Positions 1 to 13,545 of a DNA stretch of 64,000 nt are shown piece by piece. The stretch is from Macrostomum lignano (lineage: Eukaryota), in contig NIVC01002212.1 in assembly GCA_002269645.1 (NCBI GenBank), forward strand, positions 1-64,000, given 5' to 3'. A program made the translations under genes and the position numbers. How positions within the stretch are numbered: position 1 is the first letter of the stretch; the number at the start of each line of letters is the position of its first letter. The notes beneath the pieces are model-generated. The model ran no database searches and had not been told where the DNA came from. It worked only from the letters and a program-made list of their open reading frames with translations.

Positions 1-514
1 CACACGCGACTGCATTTCCGCTCGGGTTCGTAGCAATACACCACGTTTCGTCACATGTGACAATGTCTGTGACAGACTTCGAGTCCCTCCGCGCAAACCT
101 GTCCACATTTCTGGCACCAGCTCATGCGGGCCTGCTTCTGCTTGGTGGTGAGCAAATGCGGCACCCAGCAACTGGTCAGCTTGCGGACAGCGAGGTGATC
201 ACGAAGGATAGAAGGCGACTGTCGGCGATGAGATTCCAAGACATGCCTCAATCGTTTGAACGTCACTCGCCGATCCAGCCTCAATCATGCGCCCACGGTC
301 GATAGTTTCAGGTGTCGTCACTGAAACAGGTCGGCCGGTTCGACCTTCGTCTTCCAAGCTGTCTCGGCCACGCTTGAACTCCGGAACCAGGCGGTGACGG
401 TGGCGATGGAGGGCGCAGGTTAGGAAAGCAGCCAGACAGCCGCTGTGGCCTGGTGAAATGTCAAAAAATCGAAAAAATCATCACATTGAAAAGTGTTCAC
501 GGATTGAGCTCCAT
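1..514 (-). mobile_element. Mariner (DD34D) transposase remnant, frameshifted, runs off the window edge
   Basis: Minus-strand pieces read MELN..(start 514), TVTAWFREFKRGRDSLEDEGRTGRP, LRDHLAVRKLTSCWVPHLLT (WVPHEL-type motif) and DIVTCDETW (first catalytic Asp). Stops and frameshifts lie between the pieces. Confidence 0.88.
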
Positions 515-745
515 TACAGTATCACAGTTGTTGAGAATGATAGGTGCATGAAATACAGAGCAAACACGAGATAAAACTTCTTATTCAATATGCTCAGAAA
601 ATATGCCAATTTGAATAAACAGTTTGACCGCAGCTAAAAACTTATCAGTGCCCCTCGTATATTCAACATCTTACTTTGAATCTTACAATATAATTATGTA
701 TAGGCCTATAACATGCTAAAAAATTCTGAAACCAAAAATTATACA

Positions 746-879
746 AAGAGCTTGCGTGCATGGCCGCCGTTCACATAAGCTCAGAATTGTATGCATACAT
801 GCAAATAAAGCACTAGGTAGATAGCGCCATGCACACAATTCTGAGCTTACATGAATGGCTGCCGTGCACGCAAGCTCTT
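746..879. repeat. Fold-back inverted repeat (about 51-bp arms, 32-bp loop), MITE-like
   Basis: 746-796 (AAGAGCTTGCGTGCATGG...CAGAATTGTATGCAT) is the reverse complement of 829-879 with about 6 mismatches. Confidence 0.75.
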
Positions 880-1596
880 CGAAAATTATATGCTTGACAC
901 AGCTACACTATATGCAAGCATAATAATACACAAATTTACCATGGGATAATGGCACTATCATTGTAATATACTAGATATATGTCTAATTGCCAAGCATATT
1001 TTTAGATCAATTATATAGGCTTACTTATAGGCACATAGCCAGGATTCATGTCAAGGGAGAGAGAGCCATAAATATATTTCCAATGTTAGCAATAAAAGCA
1101 AAATACAAGGCAATAAAAAAATTGCCCTGCCTGCAGGGGGCACATGTCCCCAGTGTCCCCTCCCTTTGGTTAGGCCTATGCCTGGCCTACCAAATTAAAT
1201 ATAGCACTTAAAAAGATTTGCTGATTTATTAAAATTAGATATTGGTTATAGCATAAGTATTTTTAGTCTATATTTAAATTGTAGCAGCATGGACAAAACT
1301 GATAAGAATCATTAAAAAATTAATTAAGGATAAAAAAGATTGATTTCAATTCTTTGATTTTTGATCATGATTTGAAATTAGATTTAAGATGACATGCACA
1401 TGTTTGAAAAATTTACTAATAGAACCATGTACATGAAGCATGATCATATCTACTGTAAACTGAATTGGCTTGTAACTGTACTTACAAGCTGTCTGTAGGC
1501 CTATGTATGAAGTATCCAAGAATTGCATAACTAATACAATTAATACAGATCTAACAAGTAAAATTCCTCAGCCTGCTAAGAATAGTTTCTTGACTA

Positions 1597-1955
1597 AAGC
1601 ATGACGTGAAATAGCAATTTGATTTTGAACTGGAACGGAGAACTGTGATGCCGTGTGTAACCCATGTCGTTTCGACAATGTCAGTACGTCATGCTTTGGA
1701 TATGGGTTCAATAGCAAAAAATGATGTCGTTACGACATTGATACGACATAATACTTCGATGTCGTACAAAACGACTTACTTACGACATGGAAAAAATACC
1801 CAATTTAAGCCAAATAAATACGAAAAAAGCTAAAAAAAGGGACAATTATGCAATAATTAATAGTTTTTTCGATCCCATTTTCATTTTTTTAAAAACGACA
1901 TGATTTCGATATCTTGATGTCGTTTCGACGTCGTTTCGATGTACCTTTCCCAGTG
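1597..1955. mobile_element. Possible non-autonomous DNA element rich in ATGTCG/CGACAT/GTCGTTTCGA motifs
   Basis: Dense degenerate short motifs in both orientations end at ...TTTCCCAGTG. No matching second terminus or TSD was found. Confidence 0.3.
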
Positions 1956-3896
1956 GTGTGGGATTCTAAAACCATTTTAAGTCTTGCATAGTTCATTTAT
2001 TGCGTATGCGGCAGCTGCACTGGTTGAACGGGGCCGCTGTACGTGCACAGAGAAATGAAGTAGAATGACGCGCTGCACTTGAAAAATCGTGCAAATTTTG
2101 CTGAATGTTCGATCAGGCACCTGAATTCCAAATGAAGGTATAATTCGCTCATGAAGTAGTACGTGTGATACACAAATTTAGTCGTGAACAGTCTGCGCAA
2201 GAAAAAGCCGTGTATAGAAAATACACTTATGAAACAGGAGCGTATTTCATCAAAAATAATTTGGTAACTTTGTGAGCTGTGTATAACCTATTTAAAACAA
2301 GTCCAAAAAGTGACATAAACTATGAATTTCGCGTTGAAAAACGAAAAACAATCCCTATCTATCGATAAATTAGAAAATATTGGTTCAAAAACCGCCCCCA
2401 GTGCACTTCTCGCGGGTGTAGCGCAGTTCTACGAACAATCGTTTTTAGATGTCCATTATTTATAGTATTATATGGACTTGTACTGCACTGAATGTTTGGA
2501 CTAGCTAGTGCGTTGTATATATTTACTGGATGCAAGGGGATACATTTAGAAAATGGAACTGCGTCGGAAATACTGTACTTCTAATTGCAGACACGGCCCA
2601 CCACTCGTCATTCCTAATGCTTGAATTGAGGGCATTACCATTATACATATAATGTACATGTAATATATTGATTTACGAGCTAAATTACTGTACGTCGAAA
2701 TAGTATATGTCGTACAGTTGCATGTACATGTATCGCAAGTAGACCAATCGACGTATATCAAGAGAAAAGGCTTTTTGTAGGACTTCCAGTGCGTATTGCA
2801 CTACGAATGTATTCGTTTTTAACGACATTTGCGCCGTTGCTACCCAAGCAAATGGTTTGATTTCAATTTCTCCAAAGAATAATAAGATCTGGACATATTG
2901 TGCAGTACTAATAATAACCGTCATTGTCCATCATAGACAGGCTTGTTTAGTATATATGTGCAGAAATGCTTTTCAGGTGAATCTTGTCTTAATTAGTATT
3001 CAAAATTGGAGTGAAGTATTCTTGGATCCTAAAATATACAAAGGTCAAACATCACATCATCTAGATGCAAATAGTGAAATAGTTTAGCAGTATTCACTTC
3101 TTTATAAATTCATACCCTTTTTAAGCTTTTTTATTGTTTATTTGAGTGTGAATAGCTTGCCATAACAGTTTTTAAGCTCTTCTATATAATGCACACTCAG
3201 TAATTCGCATATATTGAATTTTCAATATATACTAATAGCCATTATGTAACTTACTTACGCTCATATTTGCTATTTACTTATTTACATTTACCAGCATTGC
3301 TAGAGTGTGACAGTTTTGTATGTATTTAACATGCTGGCTACAAATGCTGCACAATTATTTGCCTTTAAATTTTTTCAACTTTGTGAACTTTACTGTTGAT
3401 CACAGGTTCTGCATTGGTCATTAGCAGGTCATAACTCATCAGTGAATCTCTACTCTTTATTTTTTAGCTCCAATTAAAAAACTACAGTACTAGCTTAATT
3501 GGTGACTTTCTGGTATATTTTTCTTCCTTCTTAAATTCAAAATATTTTTTAAAAGCTCCTTTTTTCTGTCACCATGAATGACCACAGAATTTAAAATATA
3601 ACCTTTATATTTTATAAAAAAAATTATAGAACAGCAATTAAACTTAAAATAAAGGTTTGATATAAAAATGACTTCTGAAACTTTTTTCTTCTTACATATT
3701 TATAAATATTTTTTATATGTGCCGCCAGCAGAAAAACTTTGATTTAATAATACAAAAAAGCCTTGTCTAAATATAATAAGCTTTATCATTAGTATATGGA
3801 TATATTAAGCTGATTCTCTTATTTATACTCGTAGAGTGACATTATTAAATTATTTCTTGAAAATCTTATAAATATATAATTAATGCATGCCTCGCC

Positions 3897-6800
3897 ATGA
3901 GCCACGTGGTGGAGGACCTGCTGGAGCGGCACAGCCTGCTCGATCGGCCCAAGAAGCCCCGCATGATCAATGGCGAGTCGGCCGTCGAATACCGCTGGCG
4001 GGTGCTGCGCAACTGCGTCAAGAGCGTCTCGGACGACATCATGAAGGAGGACGCACTGAACTTGTTCGTGTCCCACGGCATCGTGCCTGGCCGCAGCCTG
4101 AGCCACGCCCAGCCAATCACCGACTTTCTGCTGCTGCCGCAGCTGCCGAATCCTCTGCTGACGCTGGACGGCGCCTTCCTCCGCTTCTACGACTCCGAGG
4201 GCCGCCTGGCCGACGTGGTGGCGCCGCCCAAGCCGATCGCCCGGCTGGCCTACGCCAGCCACGTCGGCCAGTTCGTCGGCTGGACGGAGGGCGGCCGAAC
4301 GCTGATTAACCTCAGCGGCGAGTTCGCCGTTCTGACCGAAGCCACCACCGAGGCGCCGCTGACTCAGGTTTGAGAGCCGAATGTTTTCTATTGTAATTTA
4401 ACCCAATAGCGGTTGCTTGCCTATTAGCACTACTGTTAGTAGACAAACTGTTTTCGCTTATTTTATCTTTTTTTATTTGAACTGGTTTTCACCAACGAGC
4501 ACTGCTAGGCACCCCGATTAACAACACCAACGAGGAATTCTTTAGAAAGCCGAAAATGTTGCTTGCATGGACCGATCTTAAAATGCTAAATAGGCAAATA
4601 AGTAATGCAAAGAATACGTTCCTCTGTAGCTGGCACCCCTCTGTAGCTGGCGCCCCCTCTGTAGCTGGCACCCCTCTGTAGCTGGCACCCCTCTGTAGCT
4701 GGCGCCCCTCTGTAGCTGGCGCCCCTCTGTAGCTGGCGCCCCTCTGTAGCTGGCACCCCTCTGTAGCTGGCACCCCCTCTGTAGCTGGCACCCCTCTGTA
4801 GCTGGCACCCCTCTGTAGCTGGCGCCCCTCTGTAGCTGGCGCCCCTCTGTAGCTGGCACCCCTCTGTAGCTGGCACCCCCTCTGTAGCTGGTGCCCCTCT
4901 GTAGCTGGCGCCCCTCTGTAGCTGGCACCCCTCTGTAGCTGGCACCCCTAGCTGGCGACCCATCGAATATATTCAGGCGGAAACCTGTAACGGGCAGAAC
5001 TCCGATTCAATTTTGATTCAACCGCCATCAGTAGTGCTACTGAGGCGGTTGGTATATTTGCTTTAAATTCAATTCGCAGGTGCTCTACAACGCCAACAAA
5101 GAGGAGGTGCTGAGCTTTGAGCCCGGCCAGATCACCAGCTGGGTGTTCCGCTTCGGCAATCGGCACCTCCTGCCTCGGCGGCGCCTGCAGGCCGGCCTGC
5201 CAGCTGACCGCGGCTTCAGCCTGGTGGCACTGGAGGACACAGCGGCCAAGCGGCAGCGCGCCTTCTGCGCCATGGACCGCAGCGTCCATGTGCTGTTGCT
5301 GCAGCAGGGCCAGTGCGCGGCCGTGCACCGCGACCTGCACTCGGACGCCATCAGCGCCGTGCACTTCTTCAACCCGATGAAGCTGCTGTGCACCGGAGCC
5401 AAAGACGGCAGCGTCAAGGCCTGGGTGGCCGACACCTTCCGGGTGCACTGCGTCTTCGTCGGGCACAACGGCGCGGTGAACGCGTTGCACTTTTATCCCA
5501 CCGGCCCCATGCTGCTGTCCGCCTCGGAGGACCGCAGCGTGCGGGTCTGGCACCTGGAGCTGCGGGATCAGGTGCGCTTCGGGGCGGTGCAAAGGAAGAG
5601 ATTCATGAGCTGGGATGTGTGACCCACACAGTTCATTGACTGGGACCCTTGAACAGTGAACAGTGTGAACAGTGTGAACAGTGAACAGTGTGAACAGTGA
5701 ACAGTGTGAACAGTGAACAGTGTGAACAGTGAACAGTGTGAACAGTGAACAGTGTGAACAGTGTGAAGAGTGAACAGTGAACAGTGAACAGTGTGAACAG
5801 TGAACAGTGTGAACAGTGAACAGTGTGAACAATGAACAGTGTGAACAGTGTGAACAGTGAACAGTGTAAACAGTGTGAACAGTGTGAACAGTGAACAGTG
5901 AACAGTGTGAACAATGAACAGTGTGAACAGTGAACAGTGAACAGTGTGAACAGTGAACAGTGTGAACAGTGAACAGTGTGAACAATGAACAGTGTGAACA
6001 GTGAACAGTGTGAAGAACAGTGAACAGTGTGAACAGTGAACAGTGTGAACAGTGAACAGTGAAAAGTGTGAACAGTGAGCAGTGTGAACAGTAAACAGTG
6101 AACAGTATGAACAGTTAGCAGTGTGAACAGTGAACACTGAACAGTGTGAACAGTGAACACTGAACAGTGTGAACAGTGAACAGTGAACAGTGTGAACAGT
6201 GTGAACAGTGTAAACAGTAAACAGTGTGAACAGTGAACAGTGTGAACAGTGAACAGTGTGAACAGTGAACAGTGTGAACAGTGAACAGTGAACAGTGAAC
6301 AGTGTGAACAGTGAACAGTGTGAACAGTGAACAGTGTGAACAGTGAACAGTGTGAACAGTAAACAGTGAACAGTGTGAACAGTGAGCAGTGTGAACAGTG
6401 AACAGTGTGAATAGTGAACAGTGTGAACAGTAAACAGTGAACAGTGTGAACAGTGAGCAGTGTGAACAGTGAACAGTGTGAATAGTGAACAGTGTGAACA
6501 GTAAACAGTGAACAGTGAACAGTGAGCAGTGTGAACAGTAAACAGTGATCTGCTAATCCACCCCTCAGGTGGACGAGGTTCGCCTCGACTCCGCCGCCGA
6601 CCCCGATGCCGAGACGCCGCTCCGTCTGGCCGCTCAGTTCGGCGCCGCCGCCTTCTACACGTCTGGCGCTCGGTCCGTCCGCGCCTGGCGAGTCCAGGAG
6701 ATCTACACTCACCGGGCCAGCCTGTGCGCCCCGGTGCTGCGCATCCAGGCCAGCCCGCCGAGGCCCGGCCAGCCGCCCAGGGTGCTGGTGACCTGCCAGG

Positions 6801-9800
6801 ACTCCAGCGTGCACGTCGTCTCGCCGGCCACCGGGGCGATTCTGTCCTCCGCTCTGGCCGGCGGCTCCGGGCTTGCCGGAGAAGCGCCGCAGGTTGGTGC
6901 AAATTGAATGAAATAAAAAATGTTTCACTTTCTACTGTTGTCAGTAGACTGTCGCGACAGTGCAAGCTAGGTTTGCTGCATTCTGAAAATCGCAGAAAAA
7001 AGATAAATACATCCGTTCCGCTGCAATAGAGCTGCCACCCTATCACTGCGGAGTGAACTGCAGCTCAGAGCTGCCACCCTAACACTGTGGAGTGAACTGC
7101 AGCTCAGAGCTGCCACCCTATCACTGCGGAGTGAACTGCAGCTCAGAGCTGCCACCCTATCACTGTGGAGTGAACTGCAGCTCAGAGCTGCCACCCTATC
7201 ACTGCGGAGTGAACTGCAGCTCAGAGCTGCCACCCTAACACTGTGGAGTGAACTGCAGCTCAGAGCTGCCACCCTATCACTGCGGAGTGAACTGCAGCAA
7301 CGATTAAGTGACCACTTGCTCACTACAGTTGCTAATTCGGCTGCTTACTAACCATGACCAACTCAGCTTAACTTGCAGGGCTAGCGCTAGCCCACTGGGC
7401 TAAGGGCACTTTTGTTTATAAGTCAAGCGGCGATAGTACAAATCGGCCTTCAAAAACCGCAACCAACATTGAAGTGTAGCTAGGACTAACGCCCCCCACT
7501 ACTCCACGCAGGTGGCCGCAGCCGCCTACAGCACGGACCCGAAGCGGCACCGGCTATACTGCGCCATGTCCGACGGCTCCCTGGCCGAGTGGGATCCGGA
7601 CAGCCGGCCGGCCCGCCTGCTGCGCAGCTGGCCAAGCCCCGGGCCCGGCTGCGAGTGCCGCTGCCTGGCTCTGTACGAATACGCGGCCGGCGGCGGCGCC
7701 AGCAAGTCGCTGCTGGTAGCCGGGCGCGCCGATGGCAGCCTGTGCACCTACGGAGAGCAGGGCCCGGACTACGCGGTGGACGGGCACGGCAACAAAGGCG
7801 TGCTGGAGCTGGAGGCGAACCCCAGCCAGGACCAGGTGGTGTCGGCTGGCCTGGACAACATCATCCGGGTGTGGCGGGTGTTCCCGTTCGTGCGCGAGGC
7901 GCTGGCGCCGCTCATGCAGTTCTTCTGCGCGCACACCCCGGTGTGCATGAGCGCGCTGCGGTCGCTGCTGCTGGTCGGCTTCCAGGTGTGTGCAAGCAGC
8001 CATCAGGGTGGTTAGAGACTGTTCTCAAATGTTTGATAGGCTACTTATAGTACATCGGCTGCTCCGTGGCTGACATGGCTGATGCTGAATCGCTACACAA
8101 TTGCAGGACGCCCAGTCCGCCACGTACAGCGTGGTGACGTACGACCTCGAGGACAAGAGCCGGCAGGACCACAGCCCGGAGGACGACCACCTGGACAAGC
8201 TCACCGGCGCCGCCGCCTGCCCAAAGCTCCGCCTGTTCGCCACGGTCAGCCAAGACGGCACCCTGCGGGTGTGGAGCAGCGCCAACCAGCTGCTGAAGGC
8301 CGTCCAGCTGCACGCCCGGCCGCAGGGCGTCGCCTTCTGCTCGGACACGGGCGACCTGCTGCTAGGCATCGGCGCCAGCCTGTACGGCATCGAGCACCGG
8401 CGCTACCTGCCGAAGATGCAGACCCGCCGGATGGCCATGATGCACTTCGAGCCGGCCGCGCCGGAGCCGCTCAGCGGCGAGATGAACGAGCGGCTGCTGG
8501 CCGAGCTGCCCTTCCCGGACAGGCAGCGGCTGCTCGCCTGCCGGCCGGCGCACAGCTTCGATGCGTTCGCCGACCCGGACCCGCTGGAGGAGGAGCCTGA
8601 CGATGTCGAGGAGAGGCTGGCCCGCGAAGCCGCCTTCGGCACCATCGCCAGCCGGGAGCGCGAGCTGCGGATGCTGCGCGACGGCGACATCAAGCCGAAG
8701 AGGCGGCCGGCCGCCACCCCGGCAACCAAGGAAGAGGCGTTCAACAAGTGAGCAGCGAGCAGCGAGCTGTGCTTTTGCAAGCAGGGGATTGTCAAGCTTT
8801 TAAACAGGCTGTCATGTTAAAATATGAGCATTTGATCCGCTCCAATGAAAAGCTGACGCTTTGAGCAGAAAAAGTATAAAAATTTCTATCTCTCTAGTGA
8901 ATTTTTGCTTTCGAGCTTTCTAAGAAACGAATTTCTCGCTCTACTACGATCTCGTAGCTTCGATTGGTTTCCGAGAAACAGATTCTTTGTAATTGAGTTG
9001 TGCTACTATTCTACTATTTCAGTCTCAGTTCTCAATTGCCCAAATGGTGAGATTGTTTACAGGAAGTGTTGAGCAAAATTTGCGAGCGGTGCTATCACAT
9101 CACTGAAAATTCACTGTTCACTGTTCACTGTTCACTGTTCAATGTTCAATGTTCACTGTTCACGCTAATGTCTGACAGTCTGACTGTGCCTCACTCTCCC
9201 AGCTCCCTGCCCCTCGCCGCAGATTTCTGTTGCTGGTCGCGGACCACCCGGTGCTGCCGCCGCCCCCCAAGGAGGCGAATCTGGACGCCGCGGTGAAGTC
9301 GGCGCTGGAGCCGCCGCAGCTGCCCAGGCCCAAGCAGGCCTACAGGCCGGACATCTGTCCGGGCTTCTTCCCGTCCCAGGATGCAGCCGTCCGGCCGCAG
9401 GCGGGCCTCGCCCCGATCCCACGCGGCGGCTGCGTGCCGAACTCAGTGCTGGCCAAGCTGCTGTGGCCGCAGGAGGCGCTGCTTGAGCACGAGAAGACGG
9501 CAACGCAGGCCTCCGCCCGCGGCTGGCGGCCGCCCGACCTCAACGTGGAGCAGCTGCGGCAGCTGCAGGGCCTGCGACAGCGCGGCTCTGAGGACGAGGC
9601 CGAGCGGCAAGCGCTGCTGAAGAGCTGGGCAGACTCCGGCGACGGCGCCGGCGGGGATGACGAGGATGAGGAGGAGGCTGGGGAGCTGCTGTTCGAGCTG
9701 GACGCTGACAGGAAGCGGCGCGAGCAGCAGGTGCGTCGGCTCTGCCGATGATTGACATGACAGCATCACAGATGCTCTGATAAAGGTTTCTTGAGGACAC

Positions 9801-12326
9801 GGACACAAAGCAACCAATATGCACGCACAGTGACAAGAGGGGACAGGGCAGATCGGTGGTTCGATTCCGCGCTCGACCGCATTAATTTGGAGCTTGTGCA
9901 CGCAAATTGACCTGGAGCTTACAGTCACGAGGGCATCCCCAACACGCAGACAGTGTGCTCGTACATGATGATGATGAGAAAGATCAACAGAAATAAATGT
10001 CATGATAGACCAAGAAATATACACCAAAAAGAAGCGAAACAACCCAGTAGCCAGTTGCCCCGCAGCTTCCGTTTTCAGTCACCCGAATGCGCTCGAACCC
10101 CCACCCTCCCCTCCGGCAGGAGCAGGAGCAGAAGGAGCGGGAGCAGTCGGGCTTCATGCGCCGAATGCAGCAGGCCATGGACGAAGCGGCCACGGAGGCC
10201 GCAGCGGAGGCGGCCGAAGCCGAGGCTGCGGCGGCGGCGGCGGCGGCGGCTGAGGCGGAGGCGGAGGCGGAGGCGGCTCGAACCCGGGAGGCCTCCACCG
10301 TGTCGGGCGACTCGCGCCGGCCGCCGACCCGGCCAACGCGGCGGGCGACCCAGGAGGAGCTGGCAGCGGCGGCACGGTCCCGCAGCTCGCAGTCGCAGGC
10401 GTCGCCGAAGAAACGGCCGCCGCCGCCGCAGAAGCGACCGTCCGAGCAGCGGCGCTCGGCTGTGGCGGCTTCGCCCACCGCGGCGTCAGCGACGGCTTCG
10501 GCGGCCGCGACTCCGCCGAGCGTCTCTCGACAGGCCTCGGAGGCGGCGCTGACTGGCGGCCAGCAGCAGCAGGTGAGTCAGTCAGGGTACTCGATGTCCT
10601 TTTTGCGACAGCTTCAAACATTGTTATGAATGATTGCAAGAAAGCGAGAGGCTTGAACTAGAAGATTGAAGGTCCAACCTGTTAGCCTCATCTGCCTCTC
10701 TCATCCCGTTATCCCGATAGCTACGATCGAATTTCCCCGCAGACTCCGCAAGGGCCGCTGGCGCCTCCGCCGCTGCCAGACTACGTGGCGCAGTTCGCCG
10801 ACGAGGACTGGTTCGACGCCGCCTTCCCGGAGCCGCGCCGGCGAAGCCTCCCTGATCCGCTGACGCCCGCGACCTTCGCTGGGCGGCTGCTGCGGCTGCT
10901 GCCGGGCGCCGGCTGGCCGGAGCGGAGCGCCGTGTGCCGCGCGGTGCAGCAGCTGCAGACGCTGGAGTCGCTGGGCCGGCAGTGCCAGCAGGAGGCTCGA
11001 CGAATCGTCCTGGAGCTGCTGGAGCTGCCGCCGGACTGCGGCGTGGCCGAGCAGCGCGACTTCGTGCGCCACGGCCTGACGCTGCTGACCCAGGGCGGGC
11101 CGGACAAGCCGCTGCTTACCGAGCTGCTGCTGTGGTACTTCGAGGGCGACGAGCTCACGCAGAGCTTCGTGATGGAGGCGCTCAACTTTTTGGGTAGAAA
11201 GTGAGTCGGTAGCAACAAAATACATGAACTGCCTTGAAACATGTCATGCCGCCAAGATTAATACGGCAATATGCAGTCATTATATACAGTAATGCACTCC
11301 AGGCAAGCTTCAGGTAAGCCAAAATCCCATCAGGCAAGCTTCAGGTAAAGCCACAATATCCATCAAGCAAGCTTCAGGTAAAGCCACAATTCAATCAGGC
11401 AAGCTTCAGGTAAAGCCACAATTCAATCAGACAAGCTTCAGGTAAAGCCACAACCCCATCAGTCAGAACCTGAATTACTCGAAGCCAAAAAACATCATCC
11501 ACCCCTCGGCTGCCCCAGAGACGAGCACCATTGCCTGGAGCGCGAGCTGGACCAGTGGGACGTCTGGTCCGTCACGGAGCCCGAAAAGCGCCGGCCGCAC
11601 CTGCGGCGCGCCATCTCGGACTGGCTGGAGCGCTGGCTGGCGAATTTCCGGGCCGCCGTCCGGCAGACAGCGGAGCGCCTGGCTCGCGGCGAGCAGCTCC
11701 AAGGCCGCGTGCCGCAGGCCGCCACCGCTGCGGCCTCTGGCAAGCCGATGACCGTGACCTTCGAGACGGCGCCCGACCCCAGCCGGCTGGCAGACAGCGG
11801 CACCTACATGGAGGCCGTCAACTATTTCTGCGAGACGCAGCTCAGCCAGCAGCTCGCCCGCCTTCGCTCCAAGAAGCGCTCCTCCATGCGGGCCGGCCGG
11901 CCAGCCGCGGCCAGGGCGGCGGGCACAGGCGAGGCGGAGGCGGAGCCCGCCCGCAAGAACACCATCCTGGTGCTGCCGACTCTGCCGCAGCGGACTTCGC
12001 TGATGCGGCTCGGCGAGTCACACGGCGACGTTCAGCCGGCGCGGAGACGCGACTTTGGCGCCGGCGGCGTCGGCACTTTGGTGGCCGCGGCGGCCACTGA
12101 CTCGAGCCAGCCGGCCGCCTGCCAGCCGGGCCGCGCCTACCAGCAGGTCATGCGGGGTGGCTTCGCTCCGCTGATGCACCTGCCGATGAAGCCGGTGCGG
12201 CTCAACCCCTTTCCCAGCCTGCTGGACGACCTGGACTGGGAGGCCGCCACTCAGCCCGTGCTGCTCACGCTCAAGTGCTCAGGCAGGATGTTCATCCCGG
12301 CGCTGTCTCAAGTGCAGCAGGACTGA
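3897..12326 (+). CDS. WDR97: WD40-repeat protein, WDR97 (KIAA1875)/WDR87 family; 9 exons, about 1542 aa
   Basis: Exons 3897-4367, 5080-5571, 6569-6892, 7512-7985, 8107-8747, 9223-9730, 10120-10572, 10743-11200 and 11519-12326. All are GT-AG and phase-consistent, 4629 nt in total. WD repeats include GHNGAVNALHF..LLSASEDRSVRVW and VSAGLDNIIRVW. The segment LLKAVQLHARPQGVAFCSDTGDLLLGIG..HRRYLP resembles WDR97 as I recall it. The C-terminal half is low-complexity and helical. Confidence 0.85.
4621..4957. repeat. Intronic minisatellite, 17/18-bp unit CTCTGTAGCTGGC(A/G)CCC(C), about 19 copies
   Basis: Direct tandem array in WDR97 intron 1. The same unit recurs inverted at 27265-28310. Confidence 0.95.
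5650..6548. repeat. Intronic microsatellite/minisatellite of AACAGTG and AACAGTGTG subunits
   Basis: It fills WDR97 intron 2 to within about 20 nt of the acceptor. Confidence 0.95.
7028..7298. repeat. Intronic 39-bp minisatellite, about 7 copies
   Basis: Unit AGAGCTGCCACCCTATCACTGCGGAGTGAACTGCAGCTC in WDR97 intron 3. Confidence 0.95.
9108..9163. repeat. (TTCACTG)n microsatellite, reverse complement of the intron-2 repeat
   Basis: TTCACTGTTCACTGTTCACTG... in WDR97 intron 5. Confidence 0.85.
11300..11460. repeat. About 31-bp minisatellite, 5 copies, each containing CTTCAGGTA
   Basis: Unit CAGGCAAGCTTCAGGTAAAGCCACAAT.. in WDR97 intron 8. Confidence 0.9.
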
Positions 12327-12366
12327 CAGCCGCCACCACCTCCCACTGTGGCGAACTTCTTTTACT

Positions 12367-13545
12367 AAAGCTCTCCCCCTCATCAATCTCCCTCGTCAAT
12401 CTCTATCCCTCATCAATCTCTCTCCCTTGTCAATCTCTCTCCCTCGTCAATCTCTCTCCCTCGTCAATCTCTCCCCCTCGTCAATCTCTCTCCCTCATCA
12501 ATCTCTCTCCCTTGTCAATCTCTCTCCCTCGTCAATCTCTCTCCCTAATCAATCTCTCTCCCTCATCAAGCTCTCCCCCTCATCAATCTCTCTCCCTCGT
12601 CAATCTCTATCCCTCAGCAAGCTCTCCCTCATCAATCTCTCTCCATCATCAATCTCTCCCCCTCATCAATCTCTCCCTCATCAAACTCTCCCCCTCATCA
12701 ATCTCTCTCCCTCGTCAATCTCTCCCCCTCGTCAATCTCTCTCCCTTGTCAATCTCTCTCCCTTGTCAATCTCTTTCCCTTGTCAATCTCTCTCCCTCAT
12801 CAATCTCTCTCCCTTATCAATCTCTCTCCCTCGTCAATCTCTATCCCTCAGCAAGCTCTCCCTCATCAATCTCTCTCCATCATCAATCTCTCCCCCTCAT
12901 CAATCTCTCCCTCATCAAACTCTCCCCCTCATCAATCTCTCTCCCTCATCAATCTATCTCCCTCGTCAATCTCTATCCCTCAGCAAGCTCTCCCTAATCA
13001 ATCTCTCTCCCTCATCAAGCTCTCCCCCTCATCAATCTCTCTCCCTCGTCAATCTCTATCCCTCAGCAAGCTCTCCCTCATCAATCTCTCTCCATCATCA
13101 ATCTCTCCCCCTCATCAATCTCTCCCTCATCAAACTCTCCCCCTCATCAATCTCTCTCCCTCGTCAATCTCTATCCCTCAGCAAGCTCTCCCTAATCAAT
13201 CTCTCTCCCTCATCAAGCTCTCCCCCTCATCAATCTCTCTCCCTCGTCAATCTCTATCCCTCAGCAAGCTCTCCCTCATCAATCTCTCTCCATCATCAAT
13301 CTCTCCCCCTCATCAATCTCTCCCTCATCAAACTCTCCCCCTCATCAATCTCTCTCCCTCGTCAATCTCTATCCCTCAGCAAGCTCTCCCTAATCAATCT
13401 CTCTCCCTCATCAAGCTCTCCCCCTCATCAATCTCTCTCCCTCGTCAATCTCTATCCCTCAGCAAGCTCTCCCTCATCAATCTCTCTCCCTCATCAATCT
13501 CCCTCTCTCATAAAGCTCTCCCCCTCACCAATCTCTCTCCCTCAT
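12367..13545. repeat. CT-rich 17/18-bp minisatellite (CTCTCCCTCATCAATCT variants)
   Basis: Tandem array directly 3' of the WDR97 stop codon. The overlapping Ser/Leu/Pro ORFs are by-products. Confidence 0.95.
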
